Notes: generated by a model not told the origin, from the letters alone. A DNA stretch of 53,752 nt from Candidatus Parcubacteria bacterium (GCA_023132875.1 JAGLXN010000008.1:1-53752), one strand, 5' to 3'. Positions 26,825-36,828 are shown, numbered from the stretch's first letter. Numbers and translations: made by a program.

Positions 26825-26929
26825 GGTTCAGGTCGGGAGACCTGAACCAACAAGAAGATTTTTGTTTATTTGGAAAATATTAGAAACTAATTACAAACCA
26901 GTTCCCGCGAAAGGGACCTGAACCAACAA
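26825..26929. repeat. Hairpin GGTTCAGGTC-GGGA-GACCTGAACC plus a partial second copy
   Basis: Perfect 10-bp stem; GACCTGAACCAACAA is repeated exactly at 26839-26853 and 26915-26929. Confidence 0.75.
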
Positions 26930-26936
26930 CAGAAAT

Positions 26937-27812
26937 TTATTTACAACAATCTGGCACAGAAGGTGATTTTGGCATTGTCCATATTTTTACTACTCCTTCG
27001 GTTGAAATTTTCGACATTATTTCTTTATCAATATCGATTTTTTTCTTACAATCATTTGCTAGCTCCCTTTCTTTGTCTATCTCTTTATACATATCAACTT
27101 CTATAAATTCTGGACAAGCTTCACAACCTATATGATAATATCGCATAGCCTCTTTATATCCCAAGTCTTCACATTTAACAATTTCTTTAAAAATTTCTTT
27201 TCTCTGTTCCTCGCTTAATCCAAAAAGATTTTCTTCTATTCTTTCTTTATCTATAAAGTCAGTAAATTCATAAGTTAGCTTTTGATCCTTTCCAATGTCA
27301 GCTTGGCTCCAATCACCATTAGGCGCCCATTCGGCTTTGGCTAATGTGTAAGCTCCGTCAATTTGACCTTTATCAAAGTAGAAAAAAATAGCCAATGCAT
27401 CTGCATTTTTTGCCTCATAATCATTAACTATTTTTTCACTAATTGCTTTAATTTGATTTTTAGTAGTGGGATTATTATTAACAACAACTCTGACTCTGTA
27501 TCGTTTAGCAAGAGCATGTGAAATATCTTCTTCTTCAACAATTTCATAATTAGTGGTATTTAAAATATCTTCTTTTTCTGTTTGTTCGCTCTTTAATTCT
27601 GAAGTTTCATTATTTGAATCTAACAAGACTATCATTACAAAAAAAAGAATTAAAATCGTTAATATAATTTTAACAAATTTATTCCAGTTTGTTTTTTTCC
27701 AAATATACCAAATAGCTACAAATGGTAAAAATATGAGAATAATTAAAATTCCCCACCATTTTTTATACCACTTTTTATGTTTAACTTGCTCTTGTTTTTG
27801 TTCTTCTTGCAT
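26937..27812 (-). CDS. Hypothetical membrane-anchored protein
   Basis: KKWYKKWWG followed by two hydrophobic helices and a Cys-containing extracytoplasmic part. Confidence 0.75.
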   Translation of the reverse strand: MQEEQKQEQVKHKKWYKKWWGILIILIFLPFVAIWYIWKKTNWNKFVKIILTILILFFVMIVLLDSNNETSELKSEQTEKEDILNTTNYEIVEEEDISHALAKRYRVRVVVNNNPTTKNQIKAISEKIVNDYEAKNADALAIFFYFDKGQIDGAYTLAKAEWAPNGDWSQADIGKDQKLTYEFTDFIDKERIEENLFGLSEEQRKEIFKEIVKCEDLGYKEAMRYYHIGCEACPEFIEVDMYKEIDKERELANDCKKKIDIDKEIMSKISTEGVVKIWTMPKSPSVPDCCK

Positions 27813-27834
27813 ATATTTATGTTAAAAAATTAAT

Positions 27835-29403
27835 TTAATATGACCACGATGACGATTCACACGGAACACCGTTATTATCGCCATCAAGTTTATGAATATC
27901 ATTATTAATTCCACCGCAAATATCAAAAATTCTTTGAGCATCTACTTGATTTCCAAAATCAGAACAATTATAAAAATCATAAGAACAAATCACATAATTC
28001 CCAAAATCCACTCCATTAATCGTATAAACCAAATCCAAATCATAACCAATAGTTGACTCTAACAAAACCTTAGTTCCAACATCGCCATTTGGTACAAGCT
28101 GATAAATATCTATTTGTCCATCCACTCTTACCAAATCAGAAACAATAAAAGAATCCATTTCACTTTGGCTAACCGTCAAAATATCTTCCCATTTCAAATG
28201 ACCATAGCTTTCAAAAACTTGCGGATTCAGAACTAATCTTTTAAATTGTTTTCCGTTTTTATATTTTACAATATAAACATCCGGATTGTTGCCAGTTTTT
28301 ATTACTGCCCCTTCTGGAATTGGACTATTAGGATTATTTTCATTTGTTTCGGACTCGTGTTGTGTCGTAGTTTCTGTATTATCTTTATCGTTAGTTTCAA
28401 CTTGACATGATTGACTTAGGACAGGATTGCCGTCAATACAATTATCAGGAGAAAATGAAATAATAGATCTTGTTTGTTTCTCGTCTATGCATTCGCTCCA
28501 GTTTGAATATATCCATGAAGTGCAAATAGTAAAAGTTGGTGTATCGGGATGAGGTTCAGTTAAAATCGGTAAATAATTTATATAATTTTCTACGGTAATG
28601 TCATCATTTTTGTCATAAATCGTTGAATCAATAACATTTACATCTTGAGTGTCCCAATAATTTTCAGAAGCTGAAAAAGTATTAATGCTATCAGATCCTA
28701 ATTTTAAAACTATATCATTCATATTAATAAAGGAATTATATTTGATTATGACTTCTGATGAATCTTGACTCTCAACTATTATGTAGAAATTCCAGTAGCC
28801 TGTATTGTTAACTGAATGTCCTTTGTAGAAAAAATTATTTTTTATGTTAACCTTGATATTATTGTCAATATATATTCTAAAACCATAAGTATTTATAAAC
28901 TTATTATAACTAATATCAATATTATCAGTAGGAAACCAAATCGTTGATTGTTCAGCTAAATTAGCAAGTTCAGAATATTGCAAATAGAAATGTCCACTAC
29001 GATTACCACCTGGCCAAAACATAAGTCCATTTTTAACTGTACAATACTTTAAATCTAAAAATGCATTTTCATATCCAGTAACATTAAAAAAATCAGAATT
29101 ACTCCCACCATCAAAAATAATTTTATTGTCGACAACTCCATGGGCATAAATTATTCCATTCAATAAAAACATGTCGCCATTCGTAGGTTTATTGATAGTC
29201 ACACCCGACTCAATTGTCAATGTAACTCCTGTTGGAATTTGAACTGTATCTATTACAATATAAGGACTATTATTTAATGTCCAAGTTGTGTTAGAATTAA
29301 TAATTCCGCTAACTTCTGTTTCTGCGTTTGCTTGTCCTGCTAACATAAAACAATTAAATACTGCTAAAACCAAAATTGATAAAAATGTAAATTGTTTTTT
29401 CAT
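27835..29403 (-). CDS. Secreted modular protein: beta-helix-like region, Cys repeat and Excalibur Ca-binding domain
   Basis: Signal peptide; TTWTLNNSPY..VQIPTGVTLTIESGV beta-helix opening; CTSWIYSNWSEC; C-terminal YNCSDF..DIHKLDGDNNGVPCES. Confidence 0.75.
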   Translation of the reverse strand: MKKQFTFLSILVLAVFNCFMLAGQANAETEVSGIINSNTTWTLNNSPYIVIDTVQIPTGVTLTIESGVTINKPTNGDMFLLNGIIYAHGVVDNKIIFDGGSNSDFFNVTGYENAFLDLKYCTVKNGLMFWPGGNRSGHFYLQYSELANLAEQSTIWFPTDNIDISYNKFINTYGFRIYIDNNIKVNIKNNFFYKGHSVNNTGYWNFYIIVESQDSSEVIIKYNSFINMNDIVLKLGSDSINTFSASENYWDTQDVNVIDSTIYDKNDDITVENYINYLPILTEPHPDTPTFTICTSWIYSNWSECIDEKQTRSIISFSPDNCIDGNPVLSQSCQVETNDKDNTETTTQHESETNENNPNSPIPEGAVIKTGNNPDVYIVKYKNGKQFKRLVLNPQVFESYGHLKWEDILTVSQSEMDSFIVSDLVRVDGQIDIYQLVPNGDVGTKVLLESTIGYDLDLVYTINGVDFGNYVICSYDFYNCSDFGNQVDAQRIFDICGGINNDIHKLDGDNNGVPCESSSWSY

Positions 29404-29428
29404 AAATTTATTTATATTAAAAAATTAA

Positions 29429-30628
29429 TTAATTACTACTCAATTCTAGCTGACTTATTATAAAATTTAATCTTCTAAGTAAGTCGTCATAAGTCAAAAT
29501 ATCAATAACATTTTTATATTTTCTTCTGACAACTTCAAAGTCGTTTTTTTGATCTTTACTAAGTCCGGCATCTCTTCCTATAATAATCAAACCGCATGGA
29601 TTAATTATTTTTATACTAAATTTTTTTGGTAGACTATCTTTGTATTTATTCGTTAAATATTTCTCTCCATTTTCACCCCATCTATTTAAGTTAAATATAT
29701 ATTTTTCAACTTGCATCACTGTTCCAGATAAATCTCTTAATGGTATATAATTATTTCTGTATAGACCTTTTGTAATTATTAGATTTTTCCCAGGTAGCTT
29801 TATTTCTACTATGTCAATATTTCCTCCAGCATCTACCAATAAATAATCTAATCTCTTGTTTTTCTTGTGGCTAGATTTTACTGGAGCTTCATCAAAGACA
29901 TCTATATATTTAGGATATAAAAGTAAAATTATCTTGTGCATTTCTTTTTGCCATTGTCTTTCATTATATTTATCTTCGTTTTTTAACATTTCTTTTAATT
30001 CTTCGTGGACAATTCTATATTTTTCTAATTCTCCTTTTTGTAATAGCTTAGATATGTCGTTACCTTTTGTACTGATTTTTTTATTCATATAGTCTTTGTA
30101 TTTTTCTTCACCATCAATTGTTGTATCAAAATAATTTTTCAAGACAATGCTAAGCCGAGCATTAACATACTTTTCGAGTTCACCTTTTTTTGGAAAGTCA
30201 TCTAGCATTTTGTTAAATTCTTCTTTTGGAATATGATTATCTTTTTCTCCTCCAATATAAATATCTTCGTTGAGTAGTTTATCAATTTTTCTAAAAATTG
30301 ACACTCCTCTTGATGCAATAAAAAATTTCCAAGTAATCTTAATATCTTTGTAAATAAATACATCTTTGCTTATATCCAACTTATTTCTATCAATTTTATA
30401 ATAATTATCTTCTACTAGTTTGCCAAAAATGAATCTAGCTTGTCCGTCGTAATCTTCCTCTAAATTTTTATCTAAACTTTGTTCAAATAAATCTTTTCTT
30501 TTGAATACAAAAGTTTTCTTTATCGGTATTGCTTCTTGTTTTCTTAGTTTTTTAAAAATCCACTCAGGATTACCGACAGGTTCGTAAATAAGTATCAACA
30601 GATTATTTTCTACTCTAAATTCAATCAT
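29429..30628 (-). CDS. sduA: Shedu anti-phage nuclease (DUF4263)
   Basis: NERQWQ..LLLYP, DYLLVDAGGNIDIVEIK (PD-(D/E)xK-like), LSGTVMQVEKY, GLIIIGR and IDILTYDDLL motifs. Confidence 0.85.
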   Translation of the reverse strand: MIEFRVENNLLILIYEPVGNPEWIFKKLRKQEAIPIKKTFVFKRKDLFEQSLDKNLEEDYDGQARFIFGKLVEDNYYKIDRNKLDISKDVFIYKDIKITWKFFIASRGVSIFRKIDKLLNEDIYIGGEKDNHIPKEEFNKMLDDFPKKGELEKYVNARLSIVLKNYFDTTIDGEEKYKDYMNKKISTKGNDISKLLQKGELEKYRIVHEELKEMLKNEDKYNERQWQKEMHKIILLLYPKYIDVFDEAPVKSSHKKNKRLDYLLVDAGGNIDIVEIKLPGKNLIITKGLYRNNYIPLRDLSGTVMQVEKYIFNLNRWGENGEKYLTNKYKDSLPKKFSIKIINPCGLIIIGRDAGLSKDQKNDFEVVRRKYKNVIDILTYDDLLRRLNFIISQLELSSN

Positions 30629-30663
30629 ACTTTTTAAAATTATCTTTAAAATATTACTCTCAC

Positions 30664-30839
30664 AAAAAAAGCTTTCCGCCAGCTAATAGCCCCTTTCGGT
30701 GCTATCACTATACCCTTTCGAGTATAGACTCGTCCTACAAAGTACTGGCTAGAAAGCCATTTCTATATAGGACGAGATTTAAACCATACTCCAAGCAAAA
30801 AGCCCAAAGGTTAGGTTACTAAATTGTTACTCATTTTCT
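30664..30839 (-). ncRNA. Candidate structured leader RNA upstream of sduA
   Basis: Closing stem GCUUUUUGC/GCGGAAAGC, 9-bp CUCGUCCUA/UAGGACGAG stem, two GAAA-capped hairpins and a U7 tail; G-U wobbles favour the minus strand. Confidence 0.6.
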
Positions 30840-30845
30840 ATTAAA

Positions 30846-30873
30846 ATAATATCACACCAAACAAAGAAGTCAA
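30846..30873 (-). promoter_or_regulatory. Sigma70-type promoter for the leader RNA and sduA
   Basis: TTGACT-16 bp-TATTAT with extended TG. Confidence 0.65.
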
Positions 30874-30900
30874 TCAAAAATAAATATAAAACATAGAAAA

Positions 30901-30950
30901 ATAGCTATAGCCTCTTTCAGTGCGGCCGCATCAAAAGAGGCTATAGCTAT
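30901..30950 (-). terminator. 17-bp perfect inverted repeat, probable terminator
   Basis: ATAGCTATAGCCTCTTT/AAAGAGGCTATAGCTAT with central TGCGGCCGCA; T-run follows on the minus strand. Confidence 0.6.
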
Positions 30951-31049
30951 AATTTGTATTAAGATTTACATGTTTGGAGTGTCAAACAAAGCGTGATAAG
31001 ATTGAAATGCGTAAATTCTATGTATATTAGAATTATTTAGAGAGATTAA

Positions 31050-31084
31050 ACAAAAGGCTCCAGTCAGGAGACTGGAGCCAACAA
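31050..31084 (-). terminator. Intrinsic terminator after secF
   Basis: GGCUCCAGUC-UCCU-GACUGGAGCC followed by UUUUGUUU. Confidence 0.75.
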
Positions 31085-31106
31085 ATAAAAAGTAATAAAT
31101 TTCCAA

Positions 31107-32267
31107 TTACTTTTGCCTTCTCAAGCTCCACTTTTGCCAAGTTACAAGAAGCGGGCTGGCAATGAATATAGATGAATAGGTTCCAGCGGTAATTCCGACT
31201 ATAAGAGCGACAATGAAATATTTTATAGTTTCTCCGCCGAATAAATAAAGAGTAATAAGAACTAGAAGCGTGGTAAATGAAGTGTTTAACGATCTTATTA
31301 AAGTTTCGTTCACGCTTTTGTTTACGACTTTTTCAAAATCATCAGATCCAGATCTTATTAGATTTTCACGAGTTCTGTCAAAGACAACAATCGTATCATT
31401 TACGGAATAACCAAGAATAGCAAGAAGCGCGGCCACAAAAGGAATGCCAACTTCAACGTTATATAAATGACCCAGAACAGCAAAAACGCCCAAAGTAATT
31501 ATGATATCATGAAAAAGGGTTATCGTCGCGATAATTCCATATTTAAAACTTGAAACCGGCCGCGACACTTTTCTGAAAGCCCATCCTATATAAAGAACAA
31601 TCGCGATTAAAGCTATGGCAATCGCGATTACGGCAGTTGACTTTAGTTCATTTCCAATTACGGGACCGATTGAATCAAATCTTTTTTCTTTAATGTTAGA
31701 ACTTTCTTCATTAGCCGCAATAGCGGATTCTAAATCAATCTCTTCGCTTTCAATATTTATTTCTTCGCCGGAATCCGTAATAACTTCAATTCCGCTTTCT
31801 TCAGCTTCATTTGTTTCATTTATTATTTCAACTTCATCCGCCGCCATTGCTTTTCTTATACCGCTAATCGGCTCGTTCTCAATACCTATATCTTCTTCAT
31901 TTATATCTTCGATGCTTCCTTCTGAATTATTACTATTTTCTTCTTCCCTGCCTTCTCCTAAAATTGCAAGATCCAGAGCCTTAATGATTTCCTGATGAGT
32001 ATTTTCATCAACATCTTTAAATCTTAATAGAACGCTATCATTGCCAGAGAATTGAACATTAACTTCTCCTAAATTCAAATCTTTCAGCGCCTCTTTTATT
32101 TCTTCGCTATTCAAAGTTTCCTCTTCAAAACTAAATTCCATCAGGGTTCCGCCAGTAAAATCAATTCCCAGTCTTAGCCCCCAAACCGAAAGAGCCGCAA
32201 TGCTTGCAGAAATTAAAATTAGTGAAAACGCAAACCAAATTTTTCTTCGTTGGATTATTTTTAGCAT
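31107..32267 (-). CDS. secF: Protein translocase subunit SecF
   Basis: GIDFTGGT, IGPVIG.EL, LFHDIII, GYSVNDTIVVFDR.RE and TYSSIFIASP motifs. Confidence 0.96.
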   Translation of the reverse strand: MLKIIQRRKIWFAFSLILISASIAALSVWGLRLGIDFTGGTLMEFSFEEETLNSEEIKEALKDLNLGEVNVQFSGNDSVLLRFKDVDENTHQEIIKALDLAILGEGREEENSNNSEGSIEDINEEDIGIENEPISGIRKAMAADEVEIINETNEAEESGIEVITDSGEEINIESEEIDLESAIAANEESSNIKEKRFDSIGPVIGNELKSTAVIAIAIALIAIVLYIGWAFRKVSRPVSSFKYGIIATITLFHDIIITLGVFAVLGHLYNVEVGIPFVAALLAILGYSVNDTIVVFDRTRENLIRSGSDDFEKVVNKSVNETLIRSLNTSFTTLLVLITLYLFGGETIKYFIVALIVGITAGTYSSIFIASPLLVTWQKWSLRRQK

Positions 32268-32324
32268 ATAAGTATTCTATAAATGAAATTAGTTGTATAG
32301 AAATTAGTAATAAAAAAAACATGG

Positions 32325-32525
32325 TGTCATCCTGAACTTGTTTCAGGATCTTTTGTATTTTAGATTTAATTTATATTATTTAGTATTATCTTTCATCTAA
32401 AACGCAAACACAATTATTTCTTTTCTATATAGTAATTGCATTTTCACACCAGTCAAAATGTCTGAAGATTTATGGGTCTGCTTATTATAATAGACGATAG
32501 ATTCTGAAATAAATTCAGAATGACA
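32325..32525. repeat. GTCAT..TGAA..TTCAG..ATGAC MITE-like element
   Basis: Two terminal hairpins; right end TAATAGAC.ATAGATTCTGAA.TAAATTCAGAATGACA is shared with 33987-34096 and 52569-52687. Confidence 0.85.
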
Positions 32526-32529
32526 ATTA

Positions 32530-33876
32530 TTACTTCTTTACCCCAAAAAGCCGCAGATTTTTCCTCAACTTTGTCATAGCTGTAATCTTTAAAAGAGTTT
32601 TTGTTATAAACATAGCGGAAAACATGCTGAGAACAACTCCAATTCCCAAGGTTATCGCGAATCCCTCAATTATGCTTGTGCCAAAATAGGCAAGAATTAT
32701 ACAAGTTATAATTGTTGAAACATTAGAATCAAAAATTGAACTCCATGCTCTGGCAAAACCTTCTTCAATGGCAATTGTTACAGGCTTTCCTTTTCTAATT
32801 TCTTCTTTTATCCTTTCAAAAATAAGAACATTAGCGTCAACTGCCATACCGATAGATAATATAAAGCCAGCTATGCCTGATAAAGTAAGCGTAACAGGAA
32901 TAAGTTTAAAAATAGATAAAACCAATAAAGCGTAAATGATCAAAGCAATGACAGCTATAATCCCCTGAATTCTATAATAAATAATCATAAACAAACTTAA
33001 CAGCGCGAATCCTATAAATGCCGCAATTATACTTTTTTCAATTGAATCTTTTCCCAGACTAGCGTCAACGGTTTGCTGGCTTATTAATTTTATGGGAACA
33101 GGCAAAGCTCCAGCGTTTAATCGTTGAACCAGAGTTTTGGCTTCGTCTATAGAAAAACTGCCGGAGATAACAGCTCTGCCGTCAGTTATTGGTTCATTTA
33201 CAACCGGAATGCTAATTGGCATTCCATCTAAATATATTGCCACCTTTTTTCCTACATTTCTTTCTGTAATTTCAGCAAATAGTTTTTTTCCTTCACTGTT
33301 AAATTGAAGCTGAACTTCAGGCTCATAAGTATTGGGATTAAAAATAACATCTGCCCGATCCAGCTGTTTTCCTCCAAGATCAGCGCCTTTATAAAAAAAC
33401 TGCGACAGATACTCTTCCGGGATGTTTGAATCTTTTAATTGTTCTCTGAGACTACTTTTTTCCTCTTCTGTCATTTCTTCTTTAAATTCCAAAAGAGGAG
33501 TCTCTCCGATCATTTCTATAGCTTGGTTTACATCTTTTATTCCTGCTAATTCAACTATAAGGCGGTCTTTTTTCGTAGTCTGAACAATCGGCTCAGAAAC
33601 TCCAAAAGCGTTAACTCTCCTCTCAATAACATCGCGAACTCCTTCCAAGGCTGTTGATTTTTCGTTTTCCTCAATCTGAGACAAGTCGGACTGATAAATA
33701 AGGTGAGTGCCTCCTTGCAAATCAAGACCTAAGCGAAATTTCAGATCATTAGAATAATTAATTCCGTAATCCTGAATTTCTATTCCTTGATTTTTTGGAT
33801 AAACAATATAGGCGGTTGTTACCGCCAAAAGTATTATGAGTATAAAATTTAGGAGAGTTTTTCTTTTACTGGACAT
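32530..33876 (-). CDS. secD: Protein translocase subunit SecD
   Basis: LGLDLQGG, RVNAFGVSEP, LNAGALP, GMAVDANVLIFERIKEE and DSNVST motifs. Confidence 0.97.
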   Translation of the reverse strand: MSSKRKTLLNFILIILLAVTTAYIVYPKNQGIEIQDYGINYSNDLKFRLGLDLQGGTHLIYQSDLSQIEENEKSTALEGVRDVIERRVNAFGVSEPIVQTTKKDRLIVELAGIKDVNQAIEMIGETPLLEFKEEMTEEEKSSLREQLKDSNIPEEYLSQFFYKGADLGGKQLDRADVIFNPNTYEPEVQLQFNSEGKKLFAEITERNVGKKVAIYLDGMPISIPVVNEPITDGRAVISGSFSIDEAKTLVQRLNAGALPVPIKLISQQTVDASLGKDSIEKSIIAAFIGFALLSLFMIIYYRIQGIIAVIALIIYALLVLSIFKLIPVTLTLSGIAGFILSIGMAVDANVLIFERIKEEIRKGKPVTIAIEEGFARAWSSIFDSNVSTIITCIILAYFGTSIIEGFAITLGIGVVLSMFSAMFITKTLLKITAMTKLRKNLRLFGVKK

Positions 33877-33986
33877 AGAACAGGGTTATAAAGTAAAAAG
33901 TTATAAAGTTTGTAAAGTAGAAAGTAATTATATACTATAAGATTAAATTTATATTAGAATTGTTTAATTGTCAAATATATATGTAT

Positions 33987-34096
33987 TGTCATTCTGAATT
34001 TACTTCAGAATCTTTTAAATTATAGGTTTTGCCTTAACTTGTTTCACAAGATTAAACATAATAGACAATAGATTCTGAACTAAATTCAGAATGACA
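33987..34096. repeat. GTCATTCTGAA MITE-like element
   Basis: TGTCATTCTGAATTTACTTCAGAATCT ... AGATTCTGAACTAAATTCAGAATGACA. Confidence 0.88.
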
Positions 34097-34138
34097 GATT
34101 TTTTGTTAGAATGTTTAGATGTTTATATGTTAAAATGA

Positions 34139-36784
34139 CTATTTCCCCATACAGCACTTTTTATATTTCTTCCCGCTTCCACAAGGACAGGGATCGTTTC
34201 GGCCAATTTTTTTAACAGTTTCCGGAGTTGACGCGCTAGATTCTTCTCCGCCTCCGCTTGTTGAAATATTTTTGCTTTCCATCGGAGATTCAACCTTTTT
34301 TACAACTTGAACCTTAAATATCGCGGAAAGTATATTTTCTTCAATTGCTCCGAGAAGAGATTGGAACATGCGATAGCTTTCTTTTTTGTATTCAACTAGA
34401 GGATCTTTCTGTCCGTAGCCCTGAAGGCTTATCCCATCCCTAAGACTGTCCATAGAATCAAGATGTTCCATCCAAAGCATATCAATGCTTCGAAGCATAA
34501 CCATTTTTTCTATCTGCCTTGCAGCCTCATAGCCAATCTCATCCTCTCTTTTATTATAAACATCAGACAAAACTCCAAAAATCAGTTCTGTAGCCAAACT
34601 TCTAGCCTCTTCATCCGGCTTATCTAAATTTACAATTTCTTTGATTTTATTTTCAAAACCGCTATTAACAGATACGATTTTATGAACTGCTTCTAGCATC
34701 CCTTTTATATCCCAAGCGCTTCTATTTTCAGCGCTATGTATTGAAACAATATATTGCGATTGATTTTCAAACATTTCCAGAATTTTATCCTTGAGCTTTA
34801 GAAGCTCTGGAAAATTATCTTTACTAATCTCTTTTTCCGCTTTTTCTATATTCTTTGTTACATCCAAAATTTCTCTTCGTTTTTTGTATATCACTTCCCT
34901 TTGCCTGTTCATTACATCGTCATAATCCAAAACATGTTTTCTAATATCAAAATTATATCCTTCAATTTTTCCCTGCGCACTCTCAATTGATTTGGAAATA
35001 AAAGAATTTTCAATTGGCATATCTTCATCAATACCAAGCTTGTCCATCATCATTTTCATTTTATCCGAACCGAAAACCCGCATCACATGATCTTCCATTG
35101 AAACAAAAAATCTCGTTTCTCCCGGTTCGCCCTGTCGTCCGGATCGGCCTCTTAACTGATTGTCAATTCTTCTCGCTTCATGCCTTTCAGTCCCAAAAAT
35201 ACACAGTCCTCCTGTTTTTTCAATTCCTTCTCCCAATTTTATATCCGTTCCACGTCCCGCCATATTAGTAGCAATCGTAACAGCATTTTTTTGTCCGGCA
35301 TTAGAAATAATAAGCGCTTCTTTTTCGTGGAATTTTGCATTTAAAACATTATGTTCAATACCCTCTCTTTTAAGCATATCGCTTAAAAGTTCTGACTTAT
35401 CAATAGCTATTGTTCCAACTAAAACAGGCTGTCCTTTTTTATGCCGTTCTTTTATTTCACGAATTAACGCTGTGAATTTTCCATTTTCTGTTTTATATAC
35501 CGAATCCACGCGATCCATTCTTGTTATAGGCTTGTTAGAAGGAATAATTATGACATTCAAATTATAAACTTTTGAAAATTCTTCGGCGTTAGTAACGGCC
35601 GTTCCCGTCATTCCCGCAAGTTTGCCGTAAATCCTAAAATAATTCTGAAAAGTTATAGTCGCCAGAGTCCTGCTCTCTCTTTGAACTTTTACGTTTTCTT
35701 TTGCTTCTATCGCCTGATGAAGCCCTTCGCTGAATCTTCTCCCCGGCATCATTCGTCCCGTAAATTCATCAACAATAATAACTTCTCCGTCTTTAACAAC
35801 ATAATCCTTGTCTCCTTTGAATAATATCTCCGCTTTCAACGCCTGCTCCAGATGATGAACAAACATTATTCCGCCTTCACTGTAAATATCTTTCATTCCA
35901 AGCATTCCCTCTACTTTTTCTATTCCCTCGTCGGTCAAGCTTACTGCTCTCATTTTCTCGTCAACCGTATAGTCTTTTTCATTCTCTAATCTCGGCACAA
36001 TCCGTGAAAATGTCTGGTACATTGTGTTTGATTCCGTATCCGGCGCGGAGATGATCAAAGGCGTTCTCGCTTCGTCAATCAAAATACTGTCCACCTCGTC
36101 AACAATCGCGTAATTCAACTCTCTCTGAACCATCTGGCTTTTATTAACCGCCATATTGTCGCGCAAATAATCAAAACCGAATTCATTGTTTGTTCCGTAG
36201 GTTATATCACACGCGTAAGCCTCTTTGCGTTGAATTTCTCTTAAATTCTCCATTTCAACTGTAACCTCATTTTCATCCGGTTTTGTTTGCGGATCAAATA
36301 GATATGACACATCATGCTGAATTACGCCAACACTTAATCCTAAAAAATGATAGATCGGCGCCATCCAATTCGCGTCTCTCTTGGATAAATAATCATTCAC
36401 AGTTACAAGATGAACTCCTTTTCCGGTAAGAGCATTCAAATATATAGGCAAAGTTGAAACAAGCGTTTTTCCCTCACCGGTTTTCATCTCGGAAATATTA
36501 CCTTGATGCAAAACAATTCCGCCAATAAGCTGAACATCGTAATGCCTTTGCCCCATAACCCTTTTGGAAACTTCTCGAACAACAGCGTAAGCTTCGGGCA
36601 AAATTTGATCAAGTGTTTCGCCTTTTTCTATTCTTTTTCTGAATATATCAGTTTGATTTTTTAATTCTTCATCAGAAAAAGACTGGAATTTTTCTTCCAG
36701 TTTATTAATCTCCTCAACAATCGGCTGGATTTTTTTTAACTCTTTCTCGTTTGGATCGCCAAAGATTTTGGTTAAGATACTCAT
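34139..36784 (-). CDS. secA: Protein translocase subunit SecA
   Basis: MKTGEGKT, VDEVDSILIDEARTPLIIS, TNMAGRGTDI, RRIDNQLRGRSGRQG and SEC-C motif GRNDPCPCGSGKKYKKCC. Confidence 0.99.
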   Translation of the reverse strand: MSILTKIFGDPNEKELKKIQPIVEEINKLEEKFQSFSDEELKNQTDIFRKRIEKGETLDQILPEAYAVVREVSKRVMGQRHYDVQLIGGIVLHQGNISEMKTGEGKTLVSTLPIYLNALTGKGVHLVTVNDYLSKRDANWMAPIYHFLGLSVGVIQHDVSYLFDPQTKPDENEVTVEMENLREIQRKEAYACDITYGTNNEFGFDYLRDNMAVNKSQMVQRELNYAIVDEVDSILIDEARTPLIISAPDTESNTMYQTFSRIVPRLENEKDYTVDEKMRAVSLTDEGIEKVEGMLGMKDIYSEGGIMFVHHLEQALKAEILFKGDKDYVVKDGEVIIVDEFTGRMMPGRRFSEGLHQAIEAKENVKVQRESRTLATITFQNYFRIYGKLAGMTGTAVTNAEEFSKVYNLNVIIIPSNKPITRMDRVDSVYKTENGKFTALIREIKERHKKGQPVLVGTIAIDKSELLSDMLKREGIEHNVLNAKFHEKEALIISNAGQKNAVTIATNMAGRGTDIKLGEGIEKTGGLCIFGTERHEARRIDNQLRGRSGRQGEPGETRFFVSMEDHVMRVFGSDKMKMMMDKLGIDEDMPIENSFISKSIESAQGKIEGYNFDIRKHVLDYDDVMNRQREVIYKKRREILDVTKNIEKAEKEISKDNFPELLKLKDKILEMFENQSQYIVSIHSAENRSAWDIKGMLEAVHKIVSVNSGFENKIKEIVNLDKPDEEARSLATELIFGVLSDVYNKREDEIGYEAARQIEKMVMLRSIDMLWMEHLDSMDSLRDGISLQGYGQKDPLVEYKKESYRMFQSLLGAIEENILSAIFKVQVVKKVESPMESKNISTSGGGEESSASTPETVKKIGRNDPCPCGSGKKYKKCCMGK

Positions 36785-36828
36785 TAGTTTAAAGTAAAAA
36801 GTTTATAAAGTTATAAAGCAACATTGCG

